Of a DNA stretch of 25,733 nt, positions 17,575 through 25,473 are shown one piece after another. The stretch's first letter is position 1; every line of letters starts with the position of its first letter. The translations under genes and the position numbers were made by a program. The notes below the pieces were generated by a model. It ran no database searches. It was not told the origin of the DNA and worked only from the letters and a program-made list of their open reading frames with translations. This DNA comes from a virus (lineage: Duplodnaviria > Caudoviricetes). Location: IMG/VR virus record IMGVR_UViG_3300037507_001223, positions 1 through 25,733 of that record, one strand, 5' to 3'.

Positions 17575-18693
17575 CTACAAAAGCGCCGCTAGGGCGTCCT
17601 CGTCGTCTTGCTCGGCCGCGCGCTCAACCGCATGGATGATCGCCGCCTTTAGGTCGTTCACCAGCCGTTCCCGCCGCGCGAGGCTGGCGCGGGCCTTCAA
17701 GGCCGCATAACGGGCCAAGGCATCGTCTACGGCCCGCTGCACGGCTAGCTCTTCGGAGTAGTTCTCGGCGAGGCTCACCGCCGGGGCGAGTTCAACAGGC
17801 ACGTCCTCCCATGTCCGCGTGCGGCGGCGGCGGATCAGCGTCCCGTGCAAGCTGGAAAAGCTGGCCGTGGCCGTCACCGATGGCTCAGGCGGCGGCGGCG
17901 GCGGGCGAGCCAGGAAATGCCAAAGCGGCGCTTCCTCCAACAAAGCGTAAGGGTCCACCGCGAACATTTCGTGTTCGTCCGCGTTCCACTGGCGGGAGGC
18001 GAGGGCAGCGATATTCATAGCGCCGTCCATCTGGCAGGCGCCATCAGCGCGACGCCCAAACCGCACAGGGTCAGTGTTTGTGCCAGCCGCACCCGTGCCC
18101 GTGCCGCCGTATTCGGAAGTCGGCGTCGCCGCGTCTAAAACGCCATCTAGGTAAAACGCCGGAGCGCTCTGTATTGCTTCGCTACCAGACACACTAAATG
18201 TTGACAAAGCATTAGCTGTTATAAGCACGCTGCCACTTTGCCAAACACGGAACGGAAGGACGCCCGTGTTTGACCGCGACATCATAATTTTGCCAGAGGT
18301 CGGGTTTGTAAACTCAAAACTAAATGGGTTATTTGTCCCACCTGCTCCCCCGGCAGGTATTTTGCCAAAAAAATACCCGAACGACGCAATCGACCGGACA
18401 ACGCCGCGCCACGCAACTGTGATATCGCCCGTTACGTTCCACGCAACATTATGCGGCACCTCCGCGAACGCTGCGCCGGTCGTATCCAGCGCCGGCCCGT
18501 CCGGTGTCAAACCCACGGTCGGGCTGCTGGTCCCGCTTAGCAGCGAGCCCGTCACCACGTCGCGGCCAAGCCCAAACTGCCCTCCCGTCACGAACAGTCC
18601 GACAAGCCCGCTTGCCAACGGATGCGACCGCCGCAGCCGGAGCGCAACGCTGGCGGGTGGGCGAACGCGCGGGCGGCTGTAGCGGATCAGCAC
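17575..18693 (-). CDS. LamG/concanavalin-like lectin-domain virion protein with helical C-terminus, 372 aa
   Basis: HPLA.GLVG N-terminus, ITV.W, FYLDGV, .G.R.DG...DG.M, DPY motifs; poly-Pro linker; acidic end [10 protein letters not shown]. Confidence 0.72.
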   Translation of the reverse strand: MLIRYSRPRVRPPASVALRLRRSHPLASGLVGLFVTGGQFGLGRDVVTGSLLSGTSSPTVGLTPDGPALDTTGAAFAEVPHNVAWNVTGDITVAWRGVVRSIASFGYFFGKIPAGGAGGTNNPFSFEFTNPTSGKIMMSRSNTGVLPFRVWQSGSVLITANALSTFSVSGSEAIQSAPAFYLDGVLDAATPTSEYGGTGTGAAGTNTDPVRFGRRADGACQMDGAMNIAALASRQWNADEHEMFAVDPYALLEEAPLWHFLARPPPPPPEPSVTATASFSSLHGTLIRRRRTRTWEDVPVELAPAVSLAENYSEELAVQRAVDDALARYAALKARASLARRERLVNDLKAAIIHAVERAAEQDDEDALAALL

Positions 18694-18697
18694 CGTG

Positions 18698-19180
18698 CTA
18701 TCCGTTCAAGTTCCGGTTGACCGTCCGATATTTCACGTCCGCCGCCGCAGTCGCATCCAGCGCCGCGCCCATGCTGTTGACGATGGCAAATTTGAAATCA
18801 GCCGCCGGCAGAGGCACGCGAGGGAACGTCCCATACACCTTGTTGCCGCTGGTGACGCCGCTCAACACGCCCGCCGAAGCCACCCAATACGTATCGGCCG
18901 GGGGCGTGGTGCCCGTGCTTACGTTGTCGCCGTAAATGGTGCCGCCTTGGTCAAGCGGCAGAATGTAGAGGTGGAAGCGGCTGGCAGAGGTCGTGGTGCC
19001 GCCAACCTCGAAAGTGAACGACACCTCACACTCCAGATCGAGGTTCGTGTCTTGGTCAATTGCGGTCGCCGCCACCACAACGGAGCCATTGGCGCGCGAG
19101 TTGAAATCAGAAGCCGTAAACTCAGCGCTTTGCCATGTGGAGGTAGAAGCGCCGTAAATGAGTTTCGCAATATCCGCCAT
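18698..19180 (-). CDS. Hypothetical beta-rich virion protein, 160 aa
   Basis: S.ANG, ID...NLD, LY.LP, LP...FK....N..G.AL pattern; coupled within the cassette. Confidence 0.7.
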   Translation of the reverse strand: MADIAKLIYGASTSTWQSAEFTASDFNSRANGSVVVAATAIDQDTNLDLECEVSFTFEVGGTTTSASRFHLYILPLDQGGTIYGDNVSTGTTPPADTYWVASAGVLSGVTSGNKVYGTFPRVPLPAADFKFAIVNSMGAALDATAAADVKYRTVNRNLNG

Positions 19181-19181
19181 C

Positions 19182-19610
19182 TCACATCCCCCGCGCTGCG
19201 ATCACGTCCGCCGCCCATACGTAGGGTTCCGGCCAGCCCAACACTTCGCGCGGCGTGATCGGCGCGCCCGGCTCCACCGCCCCGATAGCGTCGGCGCGCG
19301 CCTCCGTCAGAATCCCCGCCTGCGCCATGTAGGCCAGCCCGCCCTGCACCGTCGCGCCTGCCAGGTTCAAGGGATCGCGCCGCACGGATATGCGAAACAT
19401 CAACTGCGCCACCACGGGATCAGAGCTGGCCCGCGCCGCGATGAACTCGGCCGGCGTGAACCGCGCGACGAACTCATCCGGCGTCACCAGCGATTTGCCC
19501 GCCGTCGCCACCGTCGCCGCGTTCAACGCCATTTCGGCCTCCGCTGGCGTCATCGTGTCGTATGGCGCCTCGGCCAACAGGTCGCGCAACCGTTCGTAGT
19601 GCCCAGCCAT
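19182..19610 (-). CDS. Hypothetical protein resembling fibre-associated assembly proteins, 142 aa
   Basis: EF..RFT.AE..A ... V..GL.Y...G.LT.ARA.AI motif usually found next to fibre genes; TGATG overlap with the portal stop. Confidence 0.7.
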   Translation of the reverse strand: MAGHYERLRDLLAEAPYDTMTPAEAEMALNAATVATAGKSLVTPDEFVARFTPAEFIAARASSDPVVAQLMFRISVRRDPLNLAGATVQGGLAYMAQAGILTEARADAIGAVEPGAPITPREVLGWPEPYVWAADVIAARGM

Positions 19611-21916
19611 CAGTTCATCACCGCCTGCTTGATCCGCGCACCCGTCACGCGCCCGTCAGCCCCGCGCACCAACTCCTTTTCCGCCGACACCAGCGAGCGC
19701 ACCTCCCCGATCAGCGCGAAAAGGTGCTGTTGCGCCTCGGCGTTCTGCCGCGACATGTCGGACAGGAATTGCGCCATCTGGCTTTGCACTTGCTGAATCG
19801 GCTCAATGATCTCGCGCACCGGCTCGGCCAGAACGTCGCGGTCCTGCTTCATGCTTTCCACGCGCTTGGCGTTGTCGATGGTCGCCTTGCGCTCGGTAAT
19901 GGCGATGTCCGTTTCCGCCGCCTGCTGCTTGATCCGCGCGTCGTGCTCGGCCTTCATGCGCTCAATCGCCATCGTGTTCTCGGCCCGGATTCGCTCAATC
20001 TGAAGCATCGCCTCGGCCTTGCGAACTTCGTTGGCGAACTCAATTTCCGCCTTCTCGCGGGTCATCTGCATGTCCGCTTGCTTCATCTGTAGGTCCATCT
20101 GCGTCTTGGCCTGCTGCGCCTGCATATCCGCCTGAATCTTCATCATCTGCGGATCAGGCGGCGGCTGCTGCTGGGCGATCTTCTCCACCTCGGCCGCCAT
20201 TTCCTGCACCACGGATTCCGGCAGAGGCGAGAACCGAAGCAGCTTCAGCAGAACCGGCGGCGGAACCTGTTTCACCAGCACCGGAAGCATAGGCTGCAAG
20301 GCCATCCACACCTCGCTTTTCTGGTTCGGCGACGTGGGCGCCTGGTCCACCACCACGTCAAATTCCGCCGTCTCACGCATGCCCAGCCATTGCACCGTTT
20401 CGGGCTTTCCGTCCGGGGCCGTAATCCGCATCACTTTGCCCGGCGGGATAAATTTGGCGATGAACACCATGAGCAAGCGGCCTTGCTCTTTGTGGTATTG
20501 CCGCAGGCTGTCGAACAGAGGCGCCAGCACCGCCTGAGATGCCTGCTTGCGCTGCGCCTCCAAGATGCCCGCCTGCTCGCGGTCCACGGTGCCCAGCAAT
20601 TCGCGGTTTATGCCCGTCACATCGGGCATGGAGCCGATGGCGAACTGCAACAGCCGGTCAAACGACTGCGGGAACGGCGGGGCAGTTTTCGGCTGGATGC
20701 GCCCGCCAGACAGCGCGCCCATCTCCACCTCTACAACGCTGCCCGCCTTCGCGTATCGCTCCTCAAACCGGCGCACGTTCTCCACCGCGCCCTTCTCAAT
20801 CAACAGGCCGGATTTGGCGTTGGTGTTGATGATGTGCAGCGACTGAGACAGCCACTTGTTGGCCCACATCTGCGGGTCTTTCACCGCCCGCACCAGCCCG
20901 TAAAACACCCGCTTGTTGCGGTCCCACCGGCCCGTGATGGCCTTGTAGGTCGGCCCGTAGCGGTCGGGGCATTCCGTCACTTCGGACACCTCGCCGCCGC
21001 ACTCGAACACTTGGAACCATCGCTTTTCGGCCCGCTGCACGTGCTTCACGGCCTTGCGCGCGTCGCCCAACTTCTCGCCCAACGCCTCCCACTGCTTGGG
21101 CGTGATCGTCTCCATCTGGCCCGTCGCAGCGTTCAGCACATGCACCACCGGCCGCCGCTCGCACCATTGGAAATGCGTCACGGTCACATCGTCGGTGTTG
21201 CGGTTCGGGTCGTTGTCATCGTCGGCGTATTGGTCCCGCACGGGGTTCACCACCCGATGCCCCGGCGCGTCGGGAACGTCGCCCGTCGCCACCGTCGCCA
21301 CGTCCGCAAACTCCGGCCAGCGCGACGCCACATATTCCGGGCTGAACTTCTGCCGCGACCACACATGGCTTGCATCGGCGAGGTTGCGCTTGCGGGCGTA
21401 GCGGTCCCATCCCATCTCAAACGGATCGCGCCGCTCGATCATGATTTGGCCGTCCTGCTCCTCCTCGTAGCACATGCGGGTTTCGATCCAACCCAGCCCG
21501 GCAATCGCCACGTCGCGGAATGCCTCGCTGTCGGCGTCCTCCGCGTCGGCCTGATCCATCACCCAGCGCGCAACGCCGTTGAGCAATTCCGACTTGCCGC
21601 CGTCATCGCCGGAACGCGGGAGGAACTTCACCTCGTTGCGGTTGTTCACCTGGGCACCGCAAACCGCGTCGATCATAGCCGCGACACGGTTGAACGTGAT
21701 GGGCTGCCGGCGTTCTTCCAGCAGCTTCGCCACGTCCTCATCTGCCCACTGGCGCCCCGCGACGATATCGTAAGCCTCGCGCGCCTCGTCCCGCCAATCG
21801 CCCGCCGCCTCGTAGTCGAGCCGAACCTCTTTCGCCACGTAGGCAGCGAGGTCGCCGGGGTCCATTTCGGACGGGAATTGCTCGGCGAAGGTGTCGGGGC
21901 CGCGCGCGTCGTTCAT
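19610..21916 (-). CDS. Portal protein (P22-like) with long C-terminal coiled coil
   Basis: G.QW, RQPITFNR, G.GW, YGLVR..KDPQ...NK..S, VTG.N..LLG, FDVVVD..P.SP motifs; Q/M-rich C-terminal barrel region. Start ATG 21916 preferred over TTG 21931 because of an ATGA overlap. Confidence 0.92.
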   Translation of the reverse strand: MNDARGPDTFAEQFPSEMDPGDLAAYVAKEVRLDYEAAGDWRDEAREAYDIVAGRQWADEDVAKLLEERRQPITFNRVAAMIDAVCGAQVNNRNEVKFLPRSGDDGGKSELLNGVARWVMDQADAEDADSEAFRDVAIAGLGWIETRMCYEEEQDGQIMIERRDPFEMGWDRYARKRNLADASHVWSRQKFSPEYVASRWPEFADVATVATGDVPDAPGHRVVNPVRDQYADDDNDPNRNTDDVTVTHFQWCERRPVVHVLNAATGQMETITPKQWEALGEKLGDARKAVKHVQRAEKRWFQVFECGGEVSEVTECPDRYGPTYKAITGRWDRNKRVFYGLVRAVKDPQMWANKWLSQSLHIINTNAKSGLLIEKGAVENVRRFEERYAKAGSVVEVEMGALSGGRIQPKTAPPFPQSFDRLLQFAIGSMPDVTGINRELLGTVDREQAGILEAQRKQASQAVLAPLFDSLRQYHKEQGRLLMVFIAKFIPPGKVMRITAPDGKPETVQWLGMRETAEFDVVVDQAPTSPNQKSEVWMALQPMLPVLVKQVPPPVLLKLLRFSPLPESVVQEMAAEVEKIAQQQPPPDPQMMKIQADMQAQQAKTQMDLQMKQADMQMTREKAEIEFANEVRKAEAMLQIERIRAENTMAIERMKAEHDARIKQQAAETDIAITERKATIDNAKRVESMKQDRDVLAEPVREIIEPIQQVQSQMAQFLSDMSRQNAEAQQHLFALIGEVRSLVSAEKELVRGADGRVTGARIKQAVMN

Positions 21917-22035
21917 CGTGTCATCGCCCAATCAGTCGCCGCCACCACCGCCGCCACGTCCGCATTCGGATACAGCGCCCGGACAACGGAAAAGGCGGCA
22001 AACCATTGGTCTGCCGCCTCCTTTACCGCCGCCAC
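21913..22035 (-). CDS. Small hypothetical protein, 40 aa (missing from ORF track)
   Basis: GTG start, (M)AAVKEAADQWFAAFSVVRALYPNADVAAVVAATDWAMTR; stop overlaps the portal ATG; a competing 24-aa frame exists. Confidence 0.45.
   Translation of the reverse strand: MAAVKEAADQWFAAFSVVRALYPNADVAAVVAATDWAMTR
21989..22019 (-). terminator. Terminator-like hairpin between terL and portal
   Basis: mRNA AGGCGGCAGACC-AAU-GGUUUGCCGCCU followed by UUUCC (12-bp stem with one G-U); short U tract. Confidence 0.4.
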
Positions 22036-22036
22036 A

Positions 22037-22090
22037 TCAGTATCCCTTGCCGCCCTTCTTGGTGCCCTTGCCACCCTTGCCACCCTTCAT
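22037..22090 (-). CDS. Lys/Gly micropeptide MKGGKGGKGTKKGGKGY, 17 aa
   Basis: ATG overlaps the terL stop (ATGA); AAG-GGY-GGC codon repeat; not in the ORF track. Confidence 0.55.
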   Translation of the reverse strand: MKGGKGGKGTKKGGKGY

Positions 22091-23511
22091 GCTGCCCATC
22101 CTGTCGCCCTTTCCTCGCCGCGATACCGCCGATACCGTTCGTGCGCGTGCTTCTCGGCCTTGGCGCGCGCAAAGCGGATATCCATGATGGCGTAACGTGT
22201 CGCGCTCATCAGGTCGTCCCGCTCCTTGACCACCTTGCCATCCTTGCGGTGGTACAACTCGAACTCTTCAAACCAATCGTTGAGGTGCTTGAACACCTTC
22301 AACCGGCCCGTGGTCATGCGGTCAAGCATGTCCATCAGCCCCGCCTCAACCGTGTTCCGCCGCGTATCGTCGTAGCTGGACGGCTGCGGCAGCATCATCA
22401 GGCCATGAGTGCGGTATTGCTCGGCGAGCGGGTCCGGGGCGCCTGCGGTGCTGTTCAAGCCATCGTGCGGCCAGGACCAAACCGGCGCCTGCCAGGCTTT
22501 GAGAGCTACGGCGTGGCTATGCACGGCTGCCTGTGCCACGCGATACGCCTGCGTCACGTAAACCGTGTCCGTGTCCCGGTCGTGCGCCACTTGCACCGCC
22601 GCCGTGGGATGGTCCCAGCCGAAATCGAGCGCGGCAATGCGCGGCCAGTAATCGGGGATCGCGAACGGTTCCACTTCCAGCGCCGCACGCGGCACCGGGA
22701 AGATCCGCCCACTGCCAAGGATCGGCACGCCACGGGTCCGCGCCTCGCGTTCATGCTCCGGATACGACGCGATGATCCGCGCCTTTTCCTCGGCGCCGAT
22801 ATGCTCCACATCGTCAATCGTCATCACGATATCAGCGCGGTCGGGATGCGCCTCTTTGATGAACCGCATCACCACGTCAGACACGCCCAGCAACGGCGTG
22901 AACGTCACGTAGACCATGCCCTTCGTGGCGTTCGTGCGTGACAGCGCCTCGGTGTAAATGTCGGACGGCGGCTCTTCGTCCATCCACACGCAATCGACCG
23001 TCTCAACCTGCCAGCGTTCGCGGCCCTGCTCGTAGGACTTGAATTTCAGCGTCGAGTTGCCGCCGGTCACGTGCCGGATCGTCACCGTGTCGATGGCATC
23101 CGCCAGACCACGGGCCGGCGATACGTCCACAATGGCGCGGCGCGGGATGAACCCCGATCCTTGCGCGCTTGGGTCGCTTGGCTCGCCCATCAGCAGCCGT
23201 TGCACACCGCCGCGCGTGGCCTCACCCGATTTGGACCCCGCCCAGCATTTGATGGGCCGTTCCCACCGCCGCCCCTGCCAGTCAACCGGATAATCGCCGG
23301 TCAGGTGGTAAGCCATCTCAGCAGCCCCGGCGAGCGTCTTGCCAAGCTGGTTGCCGGCGCGAAAGAGGCGTTCGCGCTTGCCCTTGCCCGCGTCGTGGAA
23401 GGCGCGTTGCTTGGCATAGGGCTTGTAGTCTGCCAGCCGGTTCGTGCGCCGGGCCTCGATCAACCGGTCCAAGTCGCGCTCTATATCGAGAAGCGCGGTA
23501 ACGTCACTCAA
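22087..23511 (-). CDS. terL: Terminase large subunit (P22 gp2-like), 474 aa
   Basis: Walker A AGNQLGKT, Walker B WMDEEPP, TFTPLLG.S coupling motif, YP.HEREAR..G.P, nuclease DFGWDHP and DDLMSATRYA. Confidence 0.95.
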   Translation of the reverse strand: MSDVTALLDIERDLDRLIEARRTNRLADYKPYAKQRAFHDAGKGKRERLFRAGNQLGKTLAGAAEMAYHLTGDYPVDWQGRRWERPIKCWAGSKSGEATRGGVQRLLMGEPSDPSAQGSGFIPRRAIVDVSPARGLADAIDTVTIRHVTGGNSTLKFKSYEQGRERWQVETVDCVWMDEEPPSDIYTEALSRTNATKGMVYVTFTPLLGVSDVVMRFIKEAHPDRADIVMTIDDVEHIGAEEKARIIASYPEHEREARTRGVPILGSGRIFPVPRAALEVEPFAIPDYWPRIAALDFGWDHPTAAVQVAHDRDTDTVYVTQAYRVAQAAVHSHAVALKAWQAPVWSWPHDGLNSTAGAPDPLAEQYRTHGLMMLPQPSSYDDTRRNTVEAGLMDMLDRMTTGRLKVFKHLNDWFEEFELYHRKDGKVVKERDDLMSATRYAIMDIRFARAKAEKHAHERYRRYRGEERATGWAA

Positions 23512-23917
23512 GCCCAGCCTCGCGGCGCTTGCGGGCTATGTCGGCCATGATTTCCTCTGCGGTGCGCGTATCGGGCACGTTCTCAATCGTCTGCTTCGCA
23601 GCGCCGTAAAGCCGGTCCTCAAGTTGCTTCGCCGCCGACAGCGCTAGCTTTGGATCGCCGCTCGCGAACGCATCGTCATAGGCCGCGATGGCCCGCGCCG
23701 TCCGCTCTCGCAGCTTTTCCCGGTATTCCGTTGCTTCCATTTTTCCTGCGCTCACATGCTCCGGCGGCGGCTGGTTGTCCGCGCTGAACGGCGCCGCCAT
23801 CGCCGCGCCACTACCCGCCCCGCGCGCTGGCCAGCCCGAAGCCTCGCCGCCATGCCCCAGCCCACGCGGTGGCCTGTAGTTCGGCGATCCAGGCTTGGCC
23901 CAGCAACGATGACCCAT
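23504..23917 (-). CDS. Probable terminase small subunit, 137 aa
   Basis: Directly upstream of and overlapping terL; ATG 23917 with SD GGAG; A...L.DR.YG...Q motif near the C-terminus. Confidence 0.65.
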   Translation of the reverse strand: MGHRCWAKPGSPNYRPPRGLGHGGEASGWPARGAGSGAAMAAPFSADNQPPPEHVSAGKMEATEYREKLRERTARAIAAYDDAFASGDPKLALSAAKQLEDRLYGAAKQTIENVPDTRTAEEIMADIARKRREAGLE

Positions 23918-23933
23918 TGCGCGCTCCAAACGC

Positions 23934-23968
23934 AAAAAGCCCCCGGCACACTAGGCGCACGGGGGCTT
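23934..23968 (-). terminator. Intrinsic terminator just downstream of the late promoter
   Basis: mRNA AAGCCCCCG-N14-CGGGGGCUU then UUU (5 U in total); inner arm can extend via GCGC/GUGU wobble pairs. Confidence 0.75.
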
Positions 23969-23975
23969 GCGGCAA

Positions 23976-24004
23976 TTGCTACCTAACGCGGGTTAGGTTG
24001 TCAA
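23976..24004 (-). promoter_or_regulatory. Late promoter with palindromic spacer
   Basis: TTGACA (24004-23999) - 17 nt - TAGCAA; perfect inverted repeat ACCTAAC-N4-GTTAGGT at 23981-23998. Confidence 0.65.
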
Positions 24005-24460
24005 GCGCCATTCACGAACCAGCACATCCAACCCCCGCCGCACAAGATCGCCCCGCCCTTGGCTCCCCAGCCGAAACCCCCGGCACACGCCTGCCACCGA
24101 CGGCCAGCACTCGCGCCCGATCAGCGCCTCGGCCGCGCGCCAAAGCGCGTGAGCCTCGCCGCGCCTCGCCCATGCCTCTTCCTCGCTCACAGGCTTGCCA
24201 TCATCGTCATATTCGCTCGCGTCAGACACATAGCCCCAGCGCATCGAAACGCGCGCCTCTGGCCACGATCCGGTAAGGGCATGGCGCAGGCGGTGGCCGG
24301 CGTGTAGCTGCGCCGCTGTGAGCTGGCCGCGCTCGTATAGCTCTTCGAGCGGTTCGCAGACCTGGCGCGCAACCACGTTGCCACGAAACTCGGCATCGCG
24401 CACGAGGCGGGACAGCGCGGCCGGGCCGTTGGCGCCGAGGTCAGGCGGGATGTGTGTCAT
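23993..24460 (-). CDS. Late-gene regulator / antiterminator, DUF6456 (GafA C-terminal / GafZ)-like, 155 aa
   Basis: Start re-assigned to ATG 24460 (SD GGAGG). PLE.L..RG.L...Q..AG.RLR, RV...W, A..A.G......V..VC, .R.GL..L...W pattern; occupies the Q position just upstream of the packaging genes. Confidence 0.7.
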   Translation of the reverse strand: MTHIPPDLGANGPAALSRLVRDAEFRGNVVARQVCEPLEELYERGQLTAAQLHAGHRLRHALTGSWPEARVSMRWGYVSDASEYDDDGKPVSEEEAWARRGEAHALWRAAEALIGRECWPSVAGVCRGFRLGSQGRGDLVRRGLDVLVREWRLTT

Positions 24461-24635
24461 TCCAAGCCCTCCACAGAGAGTCGGGGCAGGCGCCCCAATA
24501 AATGCAGCCGTCGCCATCGCGCGGCGTCCACGAGTGACCGGCCCAATGCAATTGCCCATCCCGCCACGTTGGCCAAATCCACAGGCCGCGCGCGCATGTG
24601 GTGATCTGAGCGCCGTTGGGGAGGTCAGGGAACAT
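24441..24635 (-). CDS. Trp-rich hypothetical protein, 64 aa
   Basis: Fills the gap between two genes with short overlaps on both sides; protein-like composition. Confidence 0.55.
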   Translation of the reverse strand: MFPDLPNGAQITTCARGLWIWPTWRDGQLHWAGHSWTPRDGDGCIYWGACPDSLWRAWNDTHPA

Positions 24636-24849
24636 GGCTGCCCCTGTCGCGCCAAGCCTGCTGAATCGCGGTTACCGTCGCCGCGCAAGCCTCATGCACC
24701 GCCTTGGCGTGCATTTCCGCCACCGCCGACGCTGCCGAGTGCAAATCTACAAGGTGGGAACGTGATTTGTCCATCACAACGCACGCATCTGGGCGGGAGC
24801 AGGGGCGGCCCATGCAGCACATCGCGCGGATTACATCGTCGTGGGTCAT
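24625..24849 (-). CDS. Cys-containing hypothetical protein, 74 aa
   Basis: SD GGAGG 7 nt upstream; CC....C..PD.C cluster. Confidence 0.6.
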   Translation of the reverse strand: MTHDDVIRAMCCMGRPCSRPDACVVMDKSRSHLVDLHSAASAVAEMHAKAVHEACAATVTAIQQAWRDRGSHVP

Positions 24850-24872
24850 GGGCGGGCCTCCGGAAAAATCGC

Positions 24873-24926
24873 GCGTGACTGCATTTTGCCGTTGACTTCG
24901 GCGCGGCGTGACGGCAAGATGCCGTT
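24873..24926 (+). promoter_or_regulatory. Sigma70 promoter with two operator-like repeats
   Basis: TTGACT (24892-24897) - 17 nt - CAAGAT (24915-24920); ACTGCA-TTT-TGCCGT (24878-24892) and ACGGCA-AGA-TGCCGT (24911-24925), both preceded by GCGTG. Confidence 0.65.
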
Positions 24927-24947
24927 ATCAGAGAGGGAGACACGACG

Positions 24948-25184
24948 ATGACCTACACGCTCACCGCAACTATCCGCGCTTCCAACATTCGCCCCGGCGA
25001 TCTGATCCAAAGTTTCAACAACGGCCGCCGCTGGCCCACTGCCAAGCGCGTGACCGCCGTTGCCAAGGACGACAGCACCGGGATGCTGGTATTCACGCTG
25101 TTTGACGGCACTGAATGCCGCATCTTTCCCATGAGCAAAATCGCGTTCGATCCCACCGTTTGCAGCTACGCGCCGAAGAACTAA
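24948..25184 (+). CDS. Hypothetical small beta-rich protein, 78 aa
   Basis: SD GGAG, own promoter, good codon pattern; A..IRPGD.I motif suggestive of an SH3-like barrel. Confidence 0.75.
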   Translation: MTYTLTATIRASNIRPGDLIQSFNNGRRWPTAKRVTAVAKDDSTGMLVFTLFDGTECRIFPMSKIAFDPTVCSYAPKN

Positions 25185-25190
25185 CCCAAG

Positions 25191-25208
25191 TGGGGGCTCC
25201 GGCCCCCA
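25191..25208 (+). other. Intergenic cUNCGg hairpin
   Basis: TGGGGGC-TCCG-GCCCCCA, 7-bp perfect stem, no U tract. Confidence 0.6.
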
Positions 25209-25243
25209 CCCCCACCCCAACGAGGAGAGACGAGGATGAGCCG

Positions 25244-25441
25244 ATGACCCTCGTCCAAACCCTATCCGAACTCGGCTGGAGCCTGCGCCACCTCGCGCGG
25301 GTTCTCGGCCGCCCGCCTGGAACGGTAATGAATTGGACGCGCGACCGCTACACCGTGCCCCCCGACGTGTCCGCGTGGCTCGCGCGGCGGCTGGAGGCGC
25401 ACAGGCAGGCGATGCGGGATGACCCGCCGCCGCCCGCGTAG
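25244..25441 (+). CDS. Cro/XRE-like helix-turn-helix regulator, 65 aa
   Basis: L.ELGWS.R.LAR.LG....TV.NW......VP..V..WL; start re-assigned to ATG 25244 with GAGG upstream. Confidence 0.8.
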   Translation: MTLVQTLSELGWSLRHLARVLGRPPGTVMNWTRDRYTVPPDVSAWLARRLEAHRQAMRDDPPPPA

Positions 25442-25473
25442 GACACCGCCACAGCCCGTCGCGCGCCTCGCCG

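Noticed and set aside
14282-18693. Diversity-generating retroelement or invertible fibre cassette
   Set aside because: No reverse transcriptase or invertase, and no near-identical nucleotide repeat pair seen; fibre repeats are diverged at the protein level.
21913-22089. Stop-codon read-through of terL (frame stays open to 21913)
   Set aside because: Cannot be distinguished from chance in GC-rich DNA; the ATGA-coupled peptide and a GTG start explain the region more simply.
20390-22195. 601-aa plus-strand ORF
   Set aside because: Antisense shadow of the portal gene in high-GC DNA; His/Arg/Val-rich with no motifs or SD.
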